From an uncultured archaeon (GTDB lineage: Archaea; Asgardarchaeota; Heimdallarchaeia; Heimdallarchaeales; Heimdallarchaeaceae): DNA of 12,955 bases. Below, one piece after another: positions 1 through 6,900 of this stretch. Under the pieces are notes generated by a model. That model did no database searches. It saw only the letters and a program-made list of their open reading frames with translations, and was not told the origin of the DNA. The position numbers and the translations under genes were made by a program. The stretch lies in NCBI GenBank assembly GCA_964590855.1, contig CAZPXJ010000081.1, forward strand, positions 1 to 12,955, in the 5' to 3' direction. Positions within the stretch are counted from its first letter, which is position 1. Every line of letters begins with the position of its first letter.

Positions 1-539
1 ATTCTCAACGACCAGAAGACCCCATAAGAGAAGTGTGGGTACAGACAAGAGATAGGATCTCAAGAGAAGTAGATATGTTAGGATACGCTTCCGTTCTACT
101 TCGAAGCAGAGGAGTAGAAATAAGAGCTACAGAAGAGTCTGAAGAAATGCTTGTTACCAGAATTTACGATTTGCTTGGAGAAGAAGAATTGAAAAAATAT
201 AGGCAAAAAAGAATGTACGGTATCAAACGAAGAATCAATGACCAAAAGATAATGTCCAGACCTCCTATTGGGTATAAGATAGAGGATGGTAAACTCAAAA
301 TTGATGAGGAAATGAGACCTAAACTGATTGATATATTCCAGATGTTTGAGGATAATGTTACTATGTCAACTATAAGTAATAAGTACAATATTCCTCGAAG
401 CACCTTAGCGTATCTAAGAAAGAATCCTATTTATCGTACTGGGGAATATTATTGGAAGGGAAGAATAGTCTATCAAGTAGAACCTGTAATAAAAGATGGG
501 GATATAGAAGTTCGCGAAGAAGACGACTTCTATAGTTAA
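1..539 (+). CDS. Serine recombinase (resolvase/invertase superfamily), 5'-truncated by the window edge. The C-terminal part of the catalytic domain, the alphaE helix and a 'recombinase' (PF07508-like) domain are present.
   Basis: The frame starting at nt 3 is open from the window edge (SQRPEDPIRE then VWVQTRDRISRE...), so the GTG at 33 is probably not the true start. 'TRDRISR' matches the conserved DR(L/I)(S/G)R element of serine-recombinase catalytic domains. It is followed by an alphaE-like helix (EEMLVTRIYDLLGEEELKKYRQKR) and a recombinase-domain signature (PPIGYKIEDGKLKIDEEMRPKLIDIF ... NIPRSTLAYLRKNPIYRTG). The protein ends in an acidic tail (REEDDFYS) with no zinc-ribbon or coiled-coil domain. 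Stop TAA at 537-539. Confidence 0.8.
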   Translation, partial: SQRPEDPIREVWVQTRDRISREVDMLGYASVLLRSRGVEIRATEESEEMLVTRIYDLLGEEELKKYRQKRMYGIKRRINDQKIMSRPPIGYKIEDGKLKIDEEMRPKLIDIFQMFEDNVTMSTISNKYNIPRSTLAYLRKNPIYRTGEYYWKGRIVYQVEPVIKDGDIEVREEDDFYS

Positions 540-557
540 AAAACTCCCTCTTTATTT

Positions 558-998
558 TTATTTTATGAAATACCTTCCTGTGAAACGCTCATAGATTCCA
601 GGTAAAATGTTTCGCTCTTGTAAATGAAGTAACCAAACATGTATCTCTGTTTCTACTAGACTTTCTGTACCAGCGCGATTTCCACTACCACCTTGAGCCA
701 TGTTTTGTCTTTCAAAAGGTCCCATTGGTCCCACTCCAGACATATAGTTAGCTTCTGCTGCAACAACAGCACCAAGATCTTTGAGATAGATTTCAGTAGA
801 TACATTCAATAAACATCTAGTAAAGGCTCTTACAAGCCAAGTTACGTAGTCATTGAGCCAATCACCCATCATACTTTGGGCCATTTTCATTGCCATCTTA
901 CTCATTGGAAAAACTGTTTTGTAGCTGTCCATATCAAATCTCTTTAGAGCAAAAGGTATGAGTTCTTTTTCTAGTCTTTCAACTTCTTGTTCGCTCAT
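558..998 (-). CDS. Hypothetical protein, 146 aa, with a Met-rich helix and a Gly-rich loop. No family recognised.
   Basis: ATG-initiated ORF that fills the gap between its neighbours. TATAAATA (minus strand, 1022-1029) is centred about 27 nt upstream of the ATG. Contains the Met cluster MSKMAMKMAQSMM (residues 32-44) and a Gly/Pro-rich segment SGVGPMGPFERQNMAQGGSGNRAG. I recognise no catalytic motif. Confidence 0.55.
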   Translation of the reverse strand: MSEQEVERLEKELIPFALKRFDMDSYKTVFPMSKMAMKMAQSMMGDWLNDYVTWLVRAFTRCLLNVSTEIYLKDLGAVVAAEANYMSGVGPMGPFERQNMAQGGSGNRAGTESLVETEIHVWLLHLQERNILPGIYERFTGRYFIK

Positions 999-1021
999 GA
1001 TTAAGTATTTAGCACTAGGGT

Positions 1022-1029
1022 TATTTATA
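1022..1029 (-). promoter_or_regulatory. TATA-box-like element (TATAAATA) for the 146-aa orphan.
   Basis: Centred about 27 nt upstream of ATG 998, with no SD between them. This is consistent with a leaderless archaeal transcript. Confidence 0.45.
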
Positions 1030-1039
1030 CTTATTCAAA

Positions 1040-2221
1040 CTAAAACCACAGCATAATCCCAGTAGGTACCTCTGGGAATAAGTTTTCAGCAATCCATTCT
1101 TTTGGTATTTTCGTGTTCTGATGTTCCATTAGTTTAGCAACAGATGAGTAACCAACTAAGATTTGAGTGAGTTGGTTAATAGTAATCTCTAGAACCTTCT
1201 CTTTTTCAATTAACCCCTCTTTAATAATCGATGCTTTGCATGTTCCTTCTTTGATATCAAGTTCCCATATACCACTGTTTTCTAAAATGATTTTATCTTC
1301 GATAGAGAAATAAATCTTAGATTCAAGGTCTTTAGGATAAATTAGTTGTTCAAAACATTGTTGAACATCTAATATCCTCACCATTGCAGGCCATTGGTTG
1401 AATTTATGTTCATCATTTATATCGGTTAGATAACCTTCAACTTCTTCTTGATAAGGTAGATTGACAAGAATATTGGTTATATCAGCTTCAAAATTTCTCA
1501 GAAAAGCAAAAAGTGTGTGTTTAGCTTCTATATCAATAAATGCAAAATCCATGATGTTCATATCAAACTCCCATTCTTTCACTTTTTTGAATTTGAGTGA
1601 TAAATAAGCTATTGGCTTACCATCTCGCTCAACAAGATAAGTTTTGAACTCTTGAAGTTTACCTCTCATTTGCCATGCTGCTACGTCACCATAAATTCTT
1701 GTATACTTATTTAGAGCATTTTCTGCTACTTGAATCAAAGCGAGGAAATCGTTCTTATCCGTGACATCTTCAATTTTGATGTTATCTTCAATTTTGAATT
1801 GAGACTTTATTTGTCCTGGTTTGAATTTGAAAGTGATTGTCTTTTCTCCGCTTTCAAAACCAAATTTCTGGTAGAAACTGTGATCAAAAGGCCAAAGTGC
1901 AGCTATAGGGTAACCTTGATTTTTTCTATCTACTAAAATCTTATTCATTAGCTCCGTCACGTAACCCTTTCTTCTGTAAGCTGGTTCAGTCATTACATTG
2001 GCAATGCCAGCACAATCAAAGATTTGGTTTCTAATGAACATTTGAAACTTATATGAACCAGCTGCTGCTTTTAGAATTGAATTTTCATAGATACCAAGCA
2101 TTTCAAGTTCTTGTATTTCGAAATAATATTCCTTTAACTTTTTTACTGGATCATGAAAGCATAAGGCTGCTAAATTAACTGCTTTTTCGATATCGGTAGT
2201 ATCTTTGAGCTCTTTAATCAT
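1040..2221 (-). CDS. Eis-family (COG4552-type) N-acetyltransferase: two GNAT-fold domains plus a C-terminal SCP2-like domain.
   Basis: 393 aa, the same size as mycobacterial Eis. GNAT motif A and the following block align by eye to Eis: AGIANVMTEPAYRRKGYVTELMNKIL...QGYPIAALWPFDHSFYQKFGF versus Eis [21 protein letters not shown]...[28 protein letters not shown] corresponds to Eis WLRIMNV. The protein ends in a C-terminal Phe (..IMLWF), as Eis does. Confidence 0.85.
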   Translation of the reverse strand: MIKELKDTTDIEKAVNLAALCFHDPVKKLKEYYFEIQELEMLGIYENSILKAAAGSYKFQMFIRNQIFDCAGIANVMTEPAYRRKGYVTELMNKILVDRKNQGYPIAALWPFDHSFYQKFGFESGEKTITFKFKPGQIKSQFKIEDNIKIEDVTDKNDFLALIQVAENALNKYTRIYGDVAAWQMRGKLQEFKTYLVERDGKPIAYLSLKFKKVKEWEFDMNIMDFAFIDIEAKHTLFAFLRNFEADITNILVNLPYQEEVEGYLTDINDEHKFNQWPAMVRILDVQQCFEQLIYPKDLESKIYFSIEDKIILENSGIWELDIKEGTCKASIIKEGLIEKEKVLEITINQLTQILVGYSSVAKLMEHQNTKIPKEWIAENLFPEVPTGIMLWF

Positions 2222-2268
2222 AACTAGTCACGGAAAATACATTACTAGCATATTTCAATATGACGATT

Positions 2269-2286
2269 AAAAACAAAAATAAAAAA
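2269..2286 (-). terminator. Oligo-T terminator tract (minus strand T6-A-T5-G-T5) after the peptidase gene.
   Basis: Plus-strand A5-C-A5-T-A6 begins 12 nt beyond the peptidase stop (2298-2300). Archaeal termination typically uses such T-runs. Confidence 0.45.
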
Positions 2287-2297
2287 GAAGAAGGAAG

Positions 2298-4118
2298 TTA
2301 GAGCAATCTTCTTTTGAAAAAGTCAATGAATAGTTTGAAAGTTCGGATTCTCATTCCAATGTCAGAATAAGCTCCATGCCCTTCATCACCGAATTCAACG
2401 TATTCATATGTTTTTTCACCTTCAGTTCCTTCCTTCCAACCCATCTCGATGAGCTTATCTCTAAACTGTCTACTTTCTTCAACAGGACATCGAGGGTCAT
2501 TAACACCATGAATCATCTGAATAGGAACTTTGATGTTATCAATAAAATTCATAGCTGAACCTTGTTCCCAAACTTCTTTGTTTTCTTCATAAGAACCAAG
2601 ATGTTGTAATAGGAAAAATTTGAAATGAGGCGTAGATTTGTCAAACATTGTTTTAAGATTAGAAATACCTATCCATGCAGATCCAGCATTCCAACCTGCA
2701 TTAGCGTACTTAGTAAGTTGGATGAAAGTCATATAACCTCCATAGGAGCCACCGAATACACCAATCTTATCAGCATCAACGTAGTCGAGTGATTCTAAAT
2801 ACTTCTTAGCATAAACAACATCTTTACCATCTCCCCCGCCCCAATCTTTAAGATTCAATTCCATGAATTCTTTACCATATCCAGTGCTTCCTCGGATATT
2901 AGGGTTGAGGATTACAAAACCTTCATGAGCAAAAACTTGAGAGAACATATCAAACATCTGGAAATACTGTCCAGTCGGACCTCCATGTACATTAACTAAA
3001 GCTGGATACTTCTTACCAGGTTCTAGCTTTGGAGTATAAACTGTAGCAGCTATTTCTCTACCATCAAAAGATGGATACTTGATATATTGTTGTTCATAGA
3101 AATCTTCAGCAGTTAAATCCGTTTGAGATTCAATCATAATCTCCTCTTTGTCATTTTCTATATCATAACGAGCCATTACTACAGGAGTTTTTGGGTCCAT
3201 TTTCATGTATACCATGTATTTGTCTTCTAGAATGAAACTTGTCATGTAAGTTAACCCATTGAAAGGTATAACTTTAGCATCACCAGTTTCAACTTCGTAG
3301 ATGATAGGTTTAATTTCTGCTTCATGGTTACGGAGGACTATTATTTTCTTATTATTTGCTGAAAACTTGACAGCATTTTCATCATATTTGCCATCTCCTA
3401 GCCATACTTTTTCGTCAGTTTCCAAGTTGTATATACCAGCTCTATTCAAACCTGATTCATCACTACCAATAGCCAACATTTTTCCATCAGAAGAGATTGC
3501 ACTGTAAGTGTCATTTGAGTTTTCTGAGACTGTGAATAGTTTCTTGATTTCACTACCATCTTCTTTGATACACCAAACATCACTATTTTTGATGTTGTAG
3601 GTTTCATTGTAATTGAAGTAAATCCAACCATTCTTAGCCCAATCTGCTTGACTCCAGACAGGTTTATCGAATGCTGTCAATTGTGTAACTTCTTTCGAGT
3701 CAATATCCATGATAAACAAATTCAATTGGTCATGACGATTGGAAGAAAATAGCAATTTTTTGCCATCAGGACTTATGTCTTGAGGATATTCTTGAGCTTC
3801 AGGAGTATCAGTTAATTGCACACTTTCTTTGGTTTCTGTATTATACAAGTAAATATTATGATTTTCATCTCCATCCTTATCTCGTGTGTAAGTGATATGA
3901 ATGTCATCTTTTAACCAGATAAAACCAGCTCTAATTGCTTTTGGTAGCTCACCATCTGTTATCTGTTCATATTTCATGGTAACTGGATCCATAATATAGA
4001 ACTCTTGTCGTTTAGTTTTATTCCAATAAAATCCTATTTTATCTTTCTTATGATTAGGTGTGATAAAAGAGAACGATGGAATAGAAGCTAACTTCTCTAA
4101 AGTTATTTCTTTAGCCAT
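2298..4118 (-). CDS. S9-family serine peptidase (prolyl oligopeptidase / acylaminoacyl-peptidase type): N-terminal beta-propeller plus C-terminal alpha/beta-hydrolase domain.
   Basis: Numbering is from the TTG at 4127. Nucleophile elbow GGS461YGGYM (Ser codon 2745-2747); triad Asp in HGVND544PRCP; triad His in GDEGH584GA. TolB/PD40-like blade motifs repeat in the N-terminal half (ISPDGKKLLFSSNR, ISSDGKMLAIGSDE, FSANNKKIIVLRN). The ORF track starts at TTG 4127 (MIIM-AKE). The first ATG is at 4118 (MAKEITLEK) and is my preferred start, but 4127 cannot be excluded. Confidence 0.9.
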   Translation of the reverse strand: MAKEITLEKLASIPSFSFITPNHKKDKIGFYWNKTKRQEFYIMDPVTMKYEQITDGELPKAIRAGFIWLKDDIHITYTRDKDGDENHNIYLYNTETKESVQLTDTPEAQEYPQDISPDGKKLLFSSNRHDQLNLFIMDIDSKEVTQLTAFDKPVWSQADWAKNGWIYFNYNETYNIKNSDVWCIKEDGSEIKKLFTVSENSNDTYSAISSDGKMLAIGSDESGLNRAGIYNLETDEKVWLGDGKYDENAVKFSANNKKIIVLRNHEAEIKPIIYEVETGDAKVIPFNGLTYMTSFILEDKYMVYMKMDPKTPVVMARYDIENDKEEIMIESQTDLTAEDFYEQQYIKYPSFDGREIAATVYTPKLEPGKKYPALVNVHGGPTGQYFQMFDMFSQVFAHEGFVILNPNIRGSTGYGKEFMELNLKDWGGGDGKDVVYAKKYLESLDYVDADKIGVFGGSYGGYMTFIQLTKYANAGWNAGSAWIGISNLKTMFDKSTPHFKFFLLQHLGSYEENKEVWEQGSAMNFIDNIKVPIQMIHGVNDPRCPVEESRQFRDKLIEMGWKEGTEGEKTYEYVEFGDEGHGAYSDIGMRIRTFKLFIDFFKRRLL

Positions 4119-4217
4119 TATTATCAAGTTACAAAAATATATTCTGATAAAAAATATTTCTAAACGACATTGTTTTGTTATATCTAATAATTAGCAATTT
4201 CAGATTATCGAACAAAG

Positions 4218-4225
4218 TTTTTAAA
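4218..4225 (+). promoter_or_regulatory. TATA-box-like element (TTTTTAAA) for the PlsY-like gene.
   Basis: Centred about 27 nt upstream of ATG 4249 and preceded by a purine-rich BRE-like 'cgaacaaag'. No clear SD. Confidence 0.5.
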
Positions 4226-4248
4226 GTAGCAAAGAAAGAGAATTTTAC

Positions 4249-5013
4249 ATGATAACTTTAGATGTTTTATGGGCAGCTGCTCTGGGTTATCTTTTAGGTT
4301 CGATACCAATTGCTTGGATTATAGTTAAACTTTGGTTGAAAATTGATATTCGTACAGTTGGATCCAAAAACGTCGGAGGACGTAATGTTATCCGAGCTTT
4401 TCAGGCACAAGAAAAACCTAAAGGTTTAGCTTATACTGTTGGTATAATTGAAGCTATTCTTGACATGTTAAAGGGATTCTTTGCTATGTGGATAGCAGTA
4501 TGGATCTCATTTTCATATAGCCAACAAGATATTTGGGTTATTGCTTTTGCAGGACCCGCGGCTATACTTGGTCATAATTGGTGTATCTGGTTATGGGGAC
4601 CTGGTGGCAAAGGAGTCGCTTCAACAATAGGAACAATGATCTTCTTCAATCCACTATTCATGCCTATGTGGTTGGTGTTGTATTTTGTACTCGGATCCGC
4701 GATTATGTACAGTGCAATAACTTATCTCGTTAGTTTCATAGTGATGGGTGTAATCTTCCTATTCTGGGGAGGTGTAGGGGATTGGGGTTGGGTAACGGTA
4801 GCAAGACCAATAATCACTGGAGTAGACCCTACTTATGCTGGATTTGGTATGTTAGGAGAATTCGGTTGGGCTGCTTTTGCTGCTATGATGGCCATTACGC
4901 TAATTGTTCTCAGCAGACAAGGAGAAAACTTCCGCAAGATTAAATCTGGCGAAGCTAAGAAAATGAAGCTTTGGAAAATATTCAAAGGAAAAGCAGATGA
5001 AGCTCTGAAGTAA
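4249..5013 (+). CDS. plsY: PlsY-family (PF02660 / COG0344) polytopic membrane protein: glycerol-3-phosphate acyltransferase homolog. Function in this host is unproven.
   Basis: All three PlsY motif blocks are recognisable. Motif 1 is VGSKNVGGRNVIRAF, against a bacterial consensus of roughly GSGNxGATNxxR. Motif 2 is ILDMLKGFF (D..KG). Motif 3 is LGHNWCIWLWGPGGKGVAST (GH......GGKGVAT). The C-terminal block SRQGENFRKIKSGEAKK parallels the bacterial HRxNIxRLxxGxExK. Multiple hydrophobic helices. TTTTTAAA at 4218-4225 is centred about 27 nt upstream of the ATG. Confidence 0.8.
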   Translation: MITLDVLWAAALGYLLGSIPIAWIIVKLWLKIDIRTVGSKNVGGRNVIRAFQAQEKPKGLAYTVGIIEAILDMLKGFFAMWIAVWISFSYSQQDIWVIAFAGPAAILGHNWCIWLWGPGGKGVASTIGTMIFFNPLFMPMWLVLYFVLGSAIMYSAITYLVSFIVMGVIFLFWGGVGDWGWVTVARPIITGVDPTYAGFGMLGEFGWAAFAAMMAITLIVLSRQGENFRKIKSGEAKKMKLWKIFKGKADEALK

Positions 5014-5033
5014 ATTCTGTTCTTTCTTATTCC

Positions 5034-5041
5034 TTTTTTTT
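5034..5041 (+). terminator. T8 tract after the PlsY-like gene.
   Basis: A run of eight T within the pyrimidine-rich 32-nt convergent spacer 5014-5045. Confidence 0.4.
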
Positions 5042-5045
5042 CCTA

Positions 5046-6347
5046 TTAATTTATTGAATACAATATGTCTAGTGCTTTAGTTATTTTATCTGAACTTATT
5101 GAACAGAAAGCTACCCGAATTCCGTTTAAATCGTTGTTCTCATTCACAAATGGAACTGTTCCTAATCCTTTCTCTAATAGTTTTGTAGATATTTCAGTTG
5201 CAGTTTGTTGTGTCTTAATCAAGAAGTAACTAAAGAATCCTGAGTTGAAATTTACTGGATAGAGAATATTACTCTCATTAGATTCTACATATTCTTTGAC
5301 AAGTTTATACCTCTTAGTCAACAATTCAAGATTACGTCGTCTCTCTAGAGCAATCTTCTGTTTCTTAATCGGATTAGTGAGAACATTGGTAAGAGCTTCT
5401 TGAATGCCTCTAGGAGAGCTTGAAGTGTTTGTTCTTGATATTTTAGCAATCATCTCTCTTATCTCAGTCTTTTTGGCATCGTCAGTTCCTTCATCAAGAC
5501 CAAGAGTAACCATTCCAAGTCTGGCACCATAAGCGCAAAATCTCTTTGATGGACCGTCAACTTTGACTGGAAGAACATTTTCATTTAATCCAATTAAATA
5601 TGGGAAGATAGAGTGATTTAGAGCATCATCTTCATAAACATAACCTTCGTAAGCATCATCAATAACAATTACAGTAGGTTTAGATACACCTTTCAAGGCA
5701 TCTTGGAATTCTTTCACTTGACTCAAAGTTGGACTAATTCCAGAAGGATTATTTGGGAAATTAAGATAGATCCCTATTTTATCTTCAGTAGATTGAAGTT
5801 TTGTCAGTTTGTCTATTAGATCTGAAAAAGCAAGATTTCCTTCTTTATCAACCAGTTGATAGGTTTCTTCTTTCAATCTTTGATTCTTAAAGAATACATT
5901 ATCGACATTCCCCCATCTGGTATTAGGAACTAAGAGAGGCGTATTCTTATCGAAGAACAGCTGACTCGATAGCATTAATCCGCTAGTGAGACCTCCGCAA
6001 GATGTAACTGGAAGTGTAGATAATCTATCAGCCTTATCTCTCAATTCACTTGGATATGTATCCAATGTGTCTCTTTTCCAAGCATTAACAAACTCAAAAA
6101 TCCCTCTCATATTTGCATAGGCAAAAAGTTGAGTTCTGGTCAGTTTCTTTGTTTCTTCCACAAGTGTTTGAAATGACATCAAATCTCCATTTTCTTCGGT
6201 AGCAGAACCGATAGTAGCATCGATGAACTCAGGATCTTCAGTTGCTCTTTTCTTAGCTCGTAAACCCCATGCAAGAGTTCCTGCCGCTAGGTTAACATTT
6301 TCACAGATGTATCGACCACTACTAGATAGATATTTATCAAGAATCAT
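5046..6347 (-). CDS. PLP-dependent aminotransferase, fold type I (class I/II). Substrate is not assignable.
   Basis: Numbering is from GTG 6371. The classic motif set is present: FPNNPSG (N207-G211), IDDAY (D238-Y241), the PLP-lysine context GPSK276RFCAYGAR284LG, and N-terminal IDATIGSATEENGDL resembling the AspC-type 'INLGIGVY.D..G' block. The ORF track starts at GTG 6371. ATG at 6347 (MILDKY...) is preferred because TTTAAAT (minus strand, 6373-6379) lies about 29 nt upstream of it. Confidence 0.85.
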   Translation of the reverse strand: MILDKYLSSSGRYICENVNLAAGTLAWGLRAKKRATEDPEFIDATIGSATEENGDLMSFQTLVEETKKLTRTQLFAYANMRGIFEFVNAWKRDTLDTYPSELRDKADRLSTLPVTSCGGLTSGLMLSSQLFFDKNTPLLVPNTRWGNVDNVFFKNQRLKEETYQLVDKEGNLAFSDLIDKLTKLQSTEDKIGIYLNFPNNPSGISPTLSQVKEFQDALKGVSKPTVIVIDDAYEGYVYEDDALNHSIFPYLIGLNENVLPVKVDGPSKRFCAYGARLGMVTLGLDEGTDDAKKTEIREMIAKISRTNTSSSPRGIQEALTNVLTNPIKKQKIALERRRNLELLTKRYKLVKEYVESNESNILYPVNFNSGFFSYFLIKTQQTATEISTKLLEKGLGTVPFVNENNDLNGIRVAFCSISSDKITKALDILYSIN

Positions 6348-6372
6348 GATTGAAAAAACGTAAAGAGTCACA

Positions 6373-6379
6373 ATTTAAA
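6373..6379 (-). promoter_or_regulatory. TATA-box-like element (TTTAAAT) for the aminotransferase.
   Basis: Lies in the short spacer after the DinB-like stop, about 29 nt upstream of ATG 6347. Confidence 0.4.
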
Positions 6380-6396
6380 CATTGAGTAATGGACAT

Positions 6397-6900
6397 CTAG
6401 TAGACTCTACAAGCACATCTGTCACTTTCGAAATAATCTTCGATTTGCCAAGCATGACCACCTTCATGACCAAAACCAAGATATCTATAGGTAAAGAGAT
6501 GTTTGATTTTGATTGAGTTTCCATCTTTCCATTTATACTTCGATTCAAAACCCCATTCATCATCAGTAAGCTCTTCAAGTCTTTTTATCAGAAGTTCAAA
6601 GGTGGATTGCCACTCTTTGATAATCTCATCTAAACTTCTAGGTTTTCTAATTGTAACCTGAATCTTGTTGAAATCATCTATACCTCCCTTCCTATACCAT
6701 ACATCCTCATTAGAAATTATCCAATCTATTGATTTCCTTAATTCTTTGTTCCAAGCAGCAAGATGAGCAATTATGTCTTTTATGGTCCAAGCTTTTACAA
6801 TGTGATGCTGAACCATTTCTTCATCATTTAATGTGTTAATAATGAATTCCATTTTTTTATGATCTTCCTGGAGGAAATCTATCGCTTCTAGCCTATTCAT
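6397..6900 (-). CDS. DinB superfamily / ClbS-DfsB-like four-helix-bundle protein.
   Basis: About 167 aa. WTIKDIIAH47LAAWNKEL is the typical first-helix His context of DinB/ClbS-like proteins. The C-terminal GH146EGGH150AWQ gives an HxxxH pair, completing a putative His triad. LDEIIKEWQSTFELLIKRLEELTDDEW is a family-like middle helix. The ORF track starts at TTG 6903; an ATG lies one codon in, at 6900. Confidence 0.6.
   Translation of the reverse strand: MNRLEAIDFLQEDHKKMEFIINTLNDEEMVQHHIVKAWTIKDIIAHLAAWNKELRKSIDWIISNEDVWYRKGGIDDFNKIQVTIRKPRSLDEIIKEWQSTFELLIKRLEELTDDEWGFESKYKWKDGNSIKIKHLFTYRYLGFGHEGGHAWQIEDYFESDRCACRVY

Noticed and set aside
164-403. 79-aa ORF antisense to the recombinase gene.
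   Set aside because: It lies entirely inside a motif-supported CDS on the other strand. Its translation is low-complexity and Ile/Leu/Ser-rich, typical of shadow ORFs in AT-rich DNA, and it has no promoter or SD.
1730-1936. 68-aa ORF antisense to the Eis-like GNAT.
   Set aside because: Shadow ORF within a strongly supported gene. It has no initiation signals and a Phe/Leu/Ile-dominated translation.
2376-3631. Three short ORFs (2376-2558 +, 3301-3507 +, 3446-3631 -) inside or out of frame with the peptidase gene.
   Set aside because: All are nested in the S9 peptidase CDS, whose catalytic triad and propeller repeats fix the real frame. The alternative frames give low-complexity peptides.
1040-5013. 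The idea that the Eis-like acetyltransferase, the S9 hydrolase and the PlsY-like acyltransferase form a lipid or acyl-transfer module.
   Set aside because: The genes are on different strands with separate promoters and terminators. The S9 enzyme has a peptidase-type propeller. No acyl carrier, PlsX or PlsC partner is present, so the adjacency looks coincidental.
6375-6578. 67-aa minus-strand ORF overlapping the 3' end of the DinB-like gene in another frame.
   Set aside because: It overlaps a better-supported frame (His-triad motifs) and would run across the aminotransferase promoter. No independent signals support it.
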